A stretch of DNA of 64,000 bases from the human T2T-CHM13v2.0 reference genome, Homo sapiens. The stretch lies in NCBI RefSeq assembly GCF_009914755.1, contig NC_060936.1; one strand, given 5' to 3'. Each line of letters starts with the position of its first letter. Position 1 is the stretch's first letter. Below, piece by piece: positions 32,350 to 44,232 of this stretch. Made by a program: the position numbers and the translations under genes. The notes beneath the pieces are model-generated. The model saw only the letters and a program-made list of their open reading frames with translations, had not been told where the DNA came from and ran no database searches.

Positions 32350-34040
32350 TGGAGTGAGAGAGGGACGCCGAGAGAGGGAGAGTGAGAGGGAGAGAGGGAG
32401 AGTGAGAAGGAGAGAGAGAGAGGGAGAGGGAGAGAGAGAGAGTGAGAGGGAGACAGAGAGAGAGGGGGGTGGGGCAGTGGATAGGGGGAGGGAGGAGGAG
32501 AGGAGGAGGGAGGAGGATAGGGGGAGGGAGGAGGAGAGGGGAAGGAGAGGGGGAGGGAGGAGGAGAGGGGGAGGGAGGAGGAGAGCGGGAGGGAGGAGGA
32601 GAGCGGGAGGGAGGAGGAGAGCGGGAGGGAGGAGGAGAGGGGGAGGGAGGAGGAGAGGGGGAGGGAGGAGGAGAGGGGAAGGAGAGGGGGAGGGAGGAGG
32701 AGAGGGGGAGGGAGGAGGAGAGAGAGGAGAGAGGAGAGAGGAGTGATGGGGGAGAGGAGTGATGGGGGAGAGAAAGAGTGATGCGGGAGAGAGGGAGAGG
32801 GAGGAGGGAGAGGGAGAGGGAGGAGGGAGAGGGAGAGGGAGGAGGGAGAAGGAGGAGGGAGAGGGAGAGGGAGGTGGGAGAGACAGAGAGACGGAGAGAG
32901 GGAGAGACAAAGGAGGGAGAGACGGAGGAGGGAGAGAGGGAGGAGGGAGCAGGAGAGGGAGGAGGGAGAGGGAGGAGGGAGGAGGGAGACGGAGGAGGGG
33001 GAGGGATGGGGGAGGGAGAGGGGGGAGGGGGAGGGAGAGGGGGAAGGGAGATGGGGGAGGGAGATGGAGGGAGATGGGGGAGGGAGATGGAGGGAGATGG
33101 GGGAGGGAGATGGGGAGGGAGATGGGGGAGGGAGATGGGGGAGGGAGAGGGAGGGAGGGAGAGGGAGATGGAGGGGAGAGAGGGGAAGAGGGAGAGGGGA
33201 AGAGGGAGATGGAGTGATGGGAGGGGGGAAGAGGGAGATAAAGGGAGTGGGGGAAGGGGGGAGAGGGAGATGGAGAGAGGGGAGGGGGAGAGGGAGATGG
33301 AGAGAGGGGAGGGGGAGAGGGAGATGGAGAGAGGGGAGGGGGAGAGGGAGATGGGGGAAAGGGAGATGGAGGGAGGGGAGGGGAGAAGGAGATGGAGGGA
33401 GGGGAGGGGGAGAAGGAGATGGAGGGAGGGGAGGGGGAGAGGGAGATGGAGGGAGGGGAGGGGGAGAGGGAGATGGAGGGAGGGGAGGGGGAGAGGGAGA
33501 TGGAGGGAGGGGAGGGGGAGAGGGAGATGGAGGGAGGGTGGGGGAGAGGGAGATGGAGGGAGGGGAGGGGGAGAGGGAGATGGAGGGAGGGGAGGGGGAG
33601 AGGGAGATGGAGGGAGGGGAGGGGGAGAGGGAGGGAGGGGGAGGGGAGAGGGAGATGGGGGAGGGAGGGGGGAAGGAGTGGAGAGGGAGTGGAGAGGGAG
33701 ATGGAGGGAGGGGGAGGGGGAGAGAGGGAGATGGAGGGAGGGGAGAGGGAGATGGAGGGAGGGAGGAGGGAGGGGGAGGGGGAGGGGGAGTGGAGAAGGA
33801 GATGGAGGGAGGGGGGATGGAGAGGGAGGGAGGGTAGAGGGAGATGGAGGGAGGGAGGGGGAAAGGAGGGAGGGGGAAAGGAGGGAGGGGGAGGGGGAGG
33901 GGAAGGGAGGGGCATGGGAGGGGAAGGGAGGGGGATGGGGAGGGAGGGAGGAGGGGGAGGGGGATGGGGAGGGAGGGAGGAGGAGGGGAGGGGGATGGGG
34001 AGGGAGGGAGGTGGGGGAGGGGGATGGGGAGGGAGGGGGA
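32350..34040 (+). repeat. ~1.7 kb G/A-rich polypurine low-complexity tract / compound VNTR
   Basis: Almost only G and A on the + strand; 18-mer (GGGAGGAGGAGAGGGGGA) and 27-mer (GAGATGGAGGGAGGGGAGGGGGAGAGG) sub-arrays. Confidence 0.95.
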
Positions 34041-34290
34041 CATTTCAAACTTGAGTGGTGCACCTAGTGATGGAACACAATTGAATCATTCAGGTGGGGA
34101 AACAGGCCCCCAAAGAGGGGCTTTCTTCCACAATAGTTTGATAACTATTTTAAAATATTATTTTCTAGAACAATGTTTTTCTCCAGAGGAAAAATAAGGC
34201 ATTTAGGTTTATAAACTTGGACAGTACAAATAAGAATAAAGAAGGTCAAAAATTACCTTTATTGATCTTGCCATTCAGGTAAAACCATAG

Positions 34291-34694
<404 letters not shown>

Positions 34695-35039
34695 TAATGA
34701 ACCTTTGAACATTTCCTTTCCAAATCAATGTTCTGTGACATTGGTTTAAATGGCTTCTTATATATATGTAATATATATATACATATATATATTCATTATA
34801 TAAATCAATTTAGTCAATCTTTTGTTTTTGGACATTTGTGTTGTTTTAAATTTATCTTACCAATGTTGAGATGAAATAAGTCAGTTGCTTCCTTCCAATC
34901 TTCCCTCCCCTTCCCCCCTGGGGATCAGTTGGCTTTCTGTCTGAATGGTTTTCAGGTGAGACAACATTTTGCCACAAGGGGTCCTCCACACTCTTTAAGC
35001 AGAAGAAACTGTTTGCCCACGTTGAAAGGGATTTGGAGC

Positions 35040-35230
35040 AAGAGAAACTCTGGTTTGCATCCCAGCGTTGCCACTTGCTCTCCCTGAGACCTTGGACAAG
35101 TGATTGGGCCTCTCTGCACCTCAGCTTTCCCTGGGGAGAACCATCATTTACCCACCTTATCTCATTTTCATAACAATCTTGCAAGAAAAGTGCACAGCAC
35201 AGTGCCTGGTGGGCGCTCAGGAAGTAAAGG
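35040..35230 (+). mobile_element. MIR
   Basis: gaccttggacaagtgattgggcctctctgcacctcagctttcc...agcacagtgcctgg. Confidence 0.7.
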
Positions 35231-35359
35231 TTCTTCATCTTATTAGTTCTACTCCAGCTCCTTCCTGGAAAAGTGAAATTTACAATAGCTCATGGGGTGG
35301 TGGGAGAATTAAATGAGATCACACATGTAACGTACCTAGCCAATAGTTTTAGTTGATTG

Positions 35360-35624
<265 letters not shown>

Positions 35625-36284
35625 TAAGAGATAAATTAGGCTAAACCTTTGACAGGAGGTCAGAAGGGACAGTGACTTCTCTTTGGGCCTGGAAGTTGAC
35701 TCTTCCACCCCAACCCCGACTTCAGCACACTTCCCAATGTTATCAGCAAAGCAAGTCCTGAATGGGACTGCCAGAGATGCCCAACTCCAAGAGCAGCTAT
35801 TCACATAGACTCCTAAGAACGCAATAGAAATGGCACTCCTCACAGGCACGCGGCAAAATGGCCCAGCTCCTCATCCATTCTCTCAGAGGACCAAGTACCA
35901 ACTCCTGCAGCACAGAAATCCCTTTCAACAGTTCTAGCCCATATGGTCTTTTCTTGAAGAAATTCATCCAAGTGGCCCTAAATTTTACAGACACTTCCCA
36001 TCTGACATCAGCTCTGCAAGGGGTAGCAATAGAGTGACACTTTTCCAGCCTCCCTGTCAATCATGGTGGCTGTGTTGGGAGACTTAGTTATCTGCAGAGC
36101 AAGGATTTAAAACCAGGTCCAGTCTGAGTTCAGCACCAGAGCTCTTATCTAGTATTCGAAGGACAAATTACTGACAAGAGTACATGCTTAATATTGGCTC
36201 TGTTCATATGTGTGAGAATATATACAGAAAATAGTATATAACATAGATAAGAGAATATGAGTCCATATACATCTTTTTTAGCAT

Positions 36285-36680
36285 TTTTGCTTTTATTTGA
36301 CATAACTGCACATATTTATAGGGTACAGTGATATTACAATAGTTATGCAATGTATAATGATCAAATCAGGGTAATTGACATAAAAATCACCTTAAACATT
36401 GATCATTTCTTTGTGTTGGGAACATTCAAAATCTGCCCTTCTGGCTATTTGAAAATATACAACAAATTACTATCACAGTCACCTACAATGCTATAAAACA
36501 CTGGAGCTCATTCCTCCTAGCTAGCTGTAACTTCGTATCCATTCACCTACCTTGGGCTATCTCCACCTGCACCCCTGACCCTTCCCATCCTCCAGTAACC
36601 ACTATTCTACTCTACAAGATCAACTTTTAGTTCCCACATGACAACATGCAACATGCAGTATGTCTTTTCATGCATATGAT
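36285..36680 (-). mobile_element. L1MA-type 3' end
   Basis: acatatttatagggtaca...aatgatcaaatcagggtaattg...ctatttgaaaatatacaac...accactattctactct. Confidence 0.8.
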
Positions 36681-37378
36681 CTTTTAGTTATAACCACTCT
36701 GAGAGGTACCGTTATGCCCATTTCACAGAAGAGCAAACTAAGGCCTGGAGATGACAGGTGACTTATTTCAGAGTCCATGCTCTTAGCTGTAAGCTCTGCT
36801 ATGTAAGCGCTCAGCCATGGTGGCTGTTATCATGGGAGGCTCTGAAGGAACTCTAAATAGGCAGCCACGGGGGTCCTCCACTTGGATGCCTTTTAACTGA
36901 TCTTCTGCCAGGTGGGGGCACGGAGCTGGGTTATCTCACCATGGCCTTTCAACCTCTCAGAGAACCGGGGTCAGGGCAGGGGCAGCAGGCCTGCTGAGAG
37001 CTGGTGGGCTGAGCAGCGTGGGCTGTGTCAATGTGAGATGTCCCAGGAGGACCAAGGAGGTGAGGCCCTGCAATCCACATGCCTGCCCAGGAGAACAGGA
37101 GGGAAGAGGGAAGCTGGAGGCTAGGAATGAGGCTTGCTCCACCTTCCTGCTTCAACCAGCAGCTCCCAACATTTCAGTTTTAAAGTTTACCTTTGTAACT
37201 TATTCAATATTACAAAGCTGTATCTTTAAGGAAAAGTAATGCAGAGAGCTATACTGTCCAATCACTCAGGACTAACCAGTCATCATCTTTTGATGTATTA
37301 CTTCCCCCACTTTTCTCCATTCTTATGTAAACATGCATACATGTAGGATTTACCCACTTTGGCAAAAGTGAGATTGCC

Positions 37379-37526
37379 GGCCAGTCACGGTGGCTCACAT
37401 CTATAATCTCAGCAATTTGGGAGGCTGAGGTGGATCACTTGAGCCCGGGAGGTTGAGGCTGCAGTGAGCTATGATCACACCACTGCACTACAGCCTGGGT
37501 GAGAGAAACCCTGTCTCAAAAAAAAG
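37379..37526 (+). mobile_element. Alu monomer (FRAM/FAM-like or internally deleted AluJ)
   Basis: Left-arm-like start joined to right-arm end, then an A tail. Confidence 0.85.
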
Positions 37527-37646
37527 AGGGGGGAATTTGCACTGTATTGTTATTCTGCAGTGTGTGTTTTTTGCTAATACATCCCGGACACATTTTCAAC
37601 ATAGAATTCATGGGTCTCTTTTTAACAGTCGCATGGTATTCCACAC

Positions 37647-37847
37647 CAAGGGTGTCCAATCTTTTGGCTTCCCTTGGCCATATTGGAAGAATGGTCTTGG
37701 GCCACACATAAAATAAAATACGCTATCGATAGCTGATGAGCTAAAAAAAAATCATTGTGAAAATATATTTTAAGAAAGTTTACAAATTTGTGTTGGGCCA
37801 CAAAAGCCATCCTGGGGTGCTTGCAGGCCACAGGTTGGACAAGCTTG
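37647..37847. mobile_element. MER30 hAT MITE
   Basis: TIRs caagggtgtccaa / ttggacaagcttg; 8-bp TSD ttccacac / ttccacag. Confidence 0.85.
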
Positions 37848-38479
37848 TTCCACAGTCCAGACGGATCACCACCCCCAGCCTCTTCCTTACGGATGGACGT
37901 GCAGGTCATGCCCAGTTCTTTGGATGTTATAAGATGGGCTACAGTCAACACCACTGTGTGCCTGTCGAGTACTTACTATTGTACTTACTATTGCTAGGCT
38001 AGAGTTCTGCTGGGTCAAAGGCCATGCAATTTTGGAATTTTAGAGTTCACTAGATTGCTTTCCAAAAGAATGAGCAACTCACACTTCCTGATAGTTCTTT
38101 GAGAAACTCACTTCTACATAGCTTAAGTGTTGTGGGAGGGGGAGGAGGGAGGATCAATGAATTGAGTAGACAGAAGTCTTAAGTATAAAGAGTTGGCAGT
38201 TTTCATGTAACGTGCTGTCAGAAGAAAGTCCTTCTGACTGGAATATTTCATTCTCCCTTTAAAACACTGCAAACGACCACTTCATTTCACAAAAGGGAGA
38301 TAGGATTTATAAGGAGACCTCCACCTGGTCCTGGGACTAGGACAATAATGACCAGAGGGACAGCCGTCTGGGGGTGGGGTAGGCTACAGCACACGTTGCA
38401 ATAGATTGATGGTCACAAGAGATGAAAGCAATGAAACTTCCCAGGGGGCATTGGAGTTGCTTTGGCCTCACCCACAGAG

Positions 38480-38790
38480 ACAGAAGTGTCTGGGACTTTA
38501 TGTTCTAGGGCAGCCCCCCATGCAGTGACTGACTGGTGGGGACAATAGAAGCTCAGGTCCCTTGCTGGGAATCAAGACCTATTAAGAGGCTACACTGTGC
38601 CCCACAGCACCCTGCAGGATCAGGCTCAGGCTGGGATTTGCCTGAAATCATACCCTTGCTGGAATTCTACCCTTTCCTATCCTGCTTCCCCTCTCCCTTC
38701 CCAGTTCCTCCTGGAGACAATCCATTGATAATTCCCTGGCACACAACTCCTTGTCTCAAGGTCTGCTTCTGGGAGAACTGGAGGGATGAT
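38480..38790 (+). mobile_element. LTR16-type ERVL LTR
   Basis: cagtgactgactggtgggg...gcctgaaatcatacccttgct...tctcaaggtctgcttctgggaga. Confidence 0.55.
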
Positions 38791-40509
38791 GACAGTGTCA
38801 GGAATGCTCTCTTTAGGGGAGACACCTTCATTCAGCAGTCATTCAACAGAAGAGTCAAGGGAACCTCAAACTCCCCTCTACAGCTGCAGGGGAATCAGCT
38901 TCCCAAAGGGGTTTTCCATTGGGGAACAGGAACCTTAGATGCAAGGGGATGAGAATGGGGAGCATACAGGTTCTAAGCAGCAGCCTGAAGAGATAGTTAC
39001 CACCCACCCACCATTTACTAGCTCTACAATCATGCAAAACCTTATTCTCTATAACCTGCAATTTCCCACCTTAAAAATAGAATAAGCAGCACCTGTCATG
39101 AAGAATTAAGAATGCACTTCGTACTTGTTTCTATGGTGTGTGCTTTGGCAGAAGATGTGGGATCAGATCATTCCATCATTCACTGTCCCCAAGTGGGGAC
39201 AACTTCACCCCCTCAGGACTGTCATGAAGATTACTCAGAGGATCAGGTTCACAGCCTTGCAGAGAGTAGGTGCCCAGATGAGCCATCACCCACGCTCAGA
39301 ATCATAACAGTAGAAGTACCCTAGATGCTGGACCAGGAGAGAAATAGACAATTTGTTTAAAAATTCAGTAAGAGCATTTTCATTATGCAAATAATTACAT
39401 AATTGAAATGTATAAAGGGCAAAGAAATAAAGCCAAAGTATCTCTTGACTCTTCCCCAAAGACTGTCACCAGTTCTCCAGTTTTTTTCAATGCATTTTTA
39501 TATTTCAAATATATACACCTAGACAGCCTCAGAGGCATGATTTTTGAAAGAGGATCATTTTCAAAATATTTAGAATTACAGGTATTTTTAATGTAGTGCA
39601 TCTCAGAATAGGGTGAACATTTCCAGCTTCAGTGTATCTGGCTTAGTTAGCATGCTCCTCTTGTAGGATACCATTCAGTGTTTATTTAATCACTCCTTGA
39701 TGGACACGTAGGTGGCTGCCAACTCTCCCTATTAGTCATCCTGCACATAAACATCTTTGTGCTTGTTTTGTGCATGTGTAGGTTTTTATGTGATGCATCT
39801 GTCAACTTCCCAAAGAAACTACTGGAGAAAAACCCTACATTAAAGTTCAGACTCATTGCAGTAAAGGAGAACCCCTGATAGTTTGAGGTATCTCACAATG
39901 GGGAATAGGGCAGGGTATTTGTGAGGTCTAAGGCTTGGGCTAATTTTTAGGGTGGGCCTTGACTAGGATTGGGCAAGCCTTCTGACATGGCTCTGGCCCA
40001 GTAAGGAGGGGAGTTGAGGGAAATCTTGATGAACAAGTTGTTAGTCTTGATTAGTCATCTAGCTTCATCTTTTAGGGGCAGGTAAATACCTAAGCCAAGG
40101 AAAAAACATTTGAGCTGCTTGTTTCAAGATATATCAGGGACAGACAGTGATGTTAATTTCAATTGTCAATGCCTACGAGTTTCCAGGTTAAAAGTTATGA
40201 CTTTAGAATTGTCAGCAGATAGCAATAAAAAGACCAATGTTTAATTCGTTTTTATTAAGATCCTTCACAGAAAGCACATACTCACTGACTGTACCTATGG
40301 CAGCCCAGTCCCACTGCATCTTCCCACCAGATGCCATGGATTAGCACAGAATTATTTTGGAGAAGAGTTGGCAGGAGATAGTAAAATATAAAACAATGCA
40401 GTAATACAATAATTCCTTCCGGTCATTTTAGATACTCTCATAAGATCCCCGTTGGTACAGTACAGCTTCCCAGTTATACCCTAACCTATGTAAGGCTAAT
40501 TATTCAAAA

Positions 40510-41160
40510 AGTTTTCAGAAAATTTTAGATTTACAAAAGCATCCCAAAGACAAGAGTTTCCATACTCCTCACACTTTCAATCGAACATCTTCCAAGACCA
40601 CAGGACATTCATCAAAACTAAGAAACCAACCTCAGGACTTTACTGTGAATCCTGGACTTTATTCAGATTTCACAACTTTACTGCAGTGCCTTTCTCTGTT
40701 GTGAGATCTTCTTTGGGATTCTACATTGTGTTTGGTTCTCATGTATTAATATCTTAGTTTCTTCCAGTCTTCTCAGGTCAAAGCTTCCATCTCTCCCTGT
40801 TTCATGAACTTAACTTCTGAGGAGTACTGGTCAGGTGTTCTGTAGGATGTCCACCTGCTGTTGGTCTGATGCTTTTCACATGAGGATTCTGGGGTGATGC
40901 TTCCCAAGAAGAAGACCTGAGGTGAAGCATCTTTCTCGTCTCCCAGCCTCCTGCCTCCCAAATGGTATTGACCTTGATCACTCAGCTAAGGTGGCAGCTG
41001 CCAGATTGCTCCATTGTAGAGCTATAATTTTCATCCTTTTCTTATTTTTAGGGAGGTGGGGAGGAGAGAAAAGGAATATTAAGCTCCACCTCCTGGATGG
41101 GGTTGTATTGACTTATGTTATTTGGGTTTCTTCTGTAAGGAAGATTTGTCTCTTTCCCCC
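40510..41160 (-). mobile_element. L1MC-type 3' fragment
   Basis: ttttagatttaca...catcaaaactaagaaaccaac...gactttattcagatttcac...ggagtactggtcaggt...taggatgtcc. Confidence 0.65.
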
Positions 41161-41399
41161 CTTAATTCCTTTGGTAAAAATAATTTCTCAACATCTGCTA
41201 AATAGCTTTCTCCAAGATGGATGAAGACATGCTCCATCAATTGGTACTTGCCTCAAAGTCGAGTTTTATTCAAGTTAAACTGAAGTCACTGCAAATTCAA
41301 GCAAGATCCCAATATCGACTAAGTTCCTTCTCAGAAGTCCTCCCCCAGGGTCAGGCAGAGGGGGAACTGGGTGGTGTTTCAGATGTGGCTTTTCAAGCT

Positions 41400-41545
41400 G
41401 TGGCCAGATTGGCAGCATCAGCATCACCTGGTAGGTTACAAATGCAGCAACTCAGGCCCCACTTGGACCTCCTGAGTCAGACTCTGCATTTTAACATGAC
41501 TGTGACTTGTGTGCATGTCTATAGTTTGACAAGTGCTGTCTTAGA
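41400..41545. mobile_element. MER5A
   Basis: gcagcatcagcatcacctgg...aaatgcag..ctcaggcccc...ctcctgagtcagactctgcattttaaca. Confidence 0.7.
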
Positions 41546-41969
41546 ACCCTAGAGCCTCTGGGAACAGAGACAAGAAGGCGATCTTCTCCAAGCAGGGTGA
41601 TCTCTGTTGCCAGCGTACCTGCCTTGGTTCACCCCTCCTGCATTTGTCCAGGTGGAAGATGATTAGGAAGGGCAGAGGAGAGGCAGGAACAGCAGATGGC
41701 TCTGAGACGAGCCTGGGGCTGGAGGGTTGAGTGAGGTGGGCAAAGAAGGGGAGAGTGCTGGCATAGCTGATGGATGACTGTGGTACCTGAGATGGCCCTG
41801 GGGAGTTGGATGAGAGCAGGGCCAGAGTGATTGATGGGCTGGGGTGGAGAGGCTGTGGAACAGCTGTAAAGAAAAAAAGGCTCTGGGTTTGGGAGTCTGC
41901 TATGGGTGGCAGCAAAACCCAAGAGCCATGAGAGAGAAAGTCCTCTTTCTGCAGCAGTGCTCACAAAGT

Positions 41970-42366
<397 letters not shown>

Positions 42367-42820
42367 TAAGTACTAACTCCCCGTTCTCCCTCCCCCCTCA
42401 TCCCTGGAAACCACCATTCTTTCTCTGAACTTGGCTACTCTAGGTGCCTCATGAGTGGAATTATACAGTCTCCAGCCTTCCGTGATCTTTCCAGCTTCAT
42501 AACTGCCTTCTGACATGGATGAAGCAGGAAATGTTACTGCCTCAGGGAGATGAGGGGAGGGAGGGAGGGTTATGGGGGAAGTGACTTGCCCTGGGTCTCA
42601 CATCTAGTGAGTATATAGCACACTCAATAGATTCAGGAAGCCCAGAGTCCTTCCTGGGTCTGCTGCTGTGTTAGGTCATTCTTGCATTGCTATAAAGAAA
42701 TATCTGATACGGCTGACTCTCTTTTCAGACTCAGCCCGCCTGCACCCAGGTGAAATAAACAGCCTTGTTGCTCACACAAAGCCTGTTTGGTGGTCTCTTC
42801 ACACGGACGTGAGTGAAATT

Positions 42821-42838
42821 TGGTGCCGTGACTCAGAT
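42821..42838 (+). other. tRNA-His primer binding site
   Basis: tggtgccgtgactcagat versus tRNA-His complement TGGTGCCGTGACTCGGAT (17/18). Confidence 0.9.
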
Positions 42839-43150
42839 CAGGGGACCTCCCTTGGGAGATCAATCCCCTGTCCTCCTGCTCTTTGCTCCATGAGAAAGAT
42901 CCACCTACAACCTCAGGTCCTCAGACCGACCAGCCCAAGGAACATCTCACCAATTTCAAATCTGGACCCCACTGAAAATTGGACTGTTCAACTCACCCAG
43001 CAGCCACTTCCAGAGCCCCTGGAACTCTGGCCCAAGGCTCTCTGACTGACTCCTTACCAGATCTTCTTGGCTTAGCGGCTGAAGACTGATGCTGCCCGAT
43101 CACCTCGGAAGTCCCCTAGACCATCATGGATGCCGATCTTCAGACAGGAA

Positions 43151-43518
43151 TGTCAGGCCTCTGAGCCCAAGCTAAGCCATCATATCCCCTGTGACCTGCA
43201 CGTACACATCCAAATGGCTGGTTCCTGCCTTAACTGATGACATTCCACCACAAAAGAAGTGAAAATGGCCTGTTCCTGCCTTAACTGATGACATTATCTT
43301 GTGAAATTCCTTCTCCTGGCTCATCCTGGCTCAAAAGCTCCCCTACTGAGCACCTTGTGACCCCCACTCCTGCCAGCCAGAGAACAAACCCCTTTGACTA
43401 TAATTTTCCTTTACCTACCCAAATCCTATAAAACGGCCCCACCTCTATCTCCCTTTGCTGACTCTCTTTTCAGACTCAGCCCACCTGCACCCAGGTGAAA
43501 TAAACAGCTTTGTTGCTC
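43151..43518 (+). promoter_or_regulatory. LTR7 U3-R (no U5) with TATA box and poly(A) signal
   Basis: Starts tgtcaggcctctgagcccaagc; TATAAAA 43427-43433; AATAAA 43499-43504; duplicated gttcctgccttaactgatgacatt at 43221-43244 and 43272-43295. Confidence 0.85.
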
Positions 43519-43552
<34 letters not shown>

Positions 43553-44232
43553 TATCTGATACTGGGTAATCGATAAGGAAAGGGTTTAATTGGCTCACAG
43601 TTCTACAGGCTGTACAGGAAACGTAATAGCTTCGGCTTCTGTAGAGGCCTCAGGAAGCTTCCAATCATGGCAGAAGGCAAAGGGGGTAGCAGGCATCTTA
43701 CATGGCAGGAGCAGGAGCAAGGGAGGGTGCTACATACTTTTAAACAACCAGATCAAGAACTCACCATCACAAGAACAGCACCAAGGGGAAATCCACCCCC
43801 GTAATTCAATCACCTCCCATCAGGCCCCACCTCCAACACAGGATTACAATTGAACATGAGATTTGGGAGGGTCACAGATACAAACCATATCAGCTGTGGA
43901 ACATTCTGTTCCACCTACCCTCAACCCCCTTTTCCTCGGTGGTGTGTTGAAAAGAGGGCTTGGGCTGGAAACAAAAGGAATGGGATTTAAGGGCTCACAT
44001 AGGTGGTGGAGGGGACCATCTCTGAGATTAAGATCCAGACAGGGGAATGAAAGATTAAAACTTTGAAATATCCCTAGCACCTGCCTTGGGACCTATAATA
44101 AAAAGATGCTTGGTCATTTGAGTGAATAAACTGGACTATTTTCTTCTTAATTTCAACTATTGATAAGAAAGAGTTTGCTAAGGCAAGAAGGGGATTCTGT
44201 TACAGTAAGATTTATAATAGAAATTTGGTGGC

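Larger units (their letters stand above)
42711..43546 (+). pseudogene. Processed retrocopy of a multiply spliced HERV-H (LTR7) transcript
   Basis: R-U5 (42712-42818), PBS-His (42821-42838), leader, short internal exon, U3-R (43151-43518), A28 tail, 15-bp TSD agaaatatctgatac. Confidence 0.9.
42667..43892 (-). mobile_element. MSTA/MSTB MaLR LTR split by the HERV-H retrocopy
   Basis: tgtgttaggtcattcttgcattgctataaagaaata | ctgggtaa...gtttaattggctcacagttct...caaaccatatca; 5-bp TSD gctgc/gctgt. Confidence 0.88.

Noticed and set aside
32281-34197. Long ORFs (up to 577 aa; Pro/Ser/Leu-rich or Gly/Glu/Arg-rich) in multiple frames on both strands
   Set aside because: A G/A-only tract contains almost no stop codons in any frame; the ORFs are a low-complexity artefact, not extensin- or collagen-like genes.
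39378-39395. Octamer ATGCAAAT as an OCT4-SOX2 composite site
   Set aside because: The adjacent SOX half-site does not match; an isolated 8-mer is expected by chance in 64 kb.
42711-43546. Interpretation as a deleted two-LTR HERV-H provirus or a solo LTR
   Set aside because: The 5' copy lacks U3 and the 3' copy lacks U5, and a poly(A) tail and 15-bp TSD are present. This is RNA structure inserted by L1-type TPRT.
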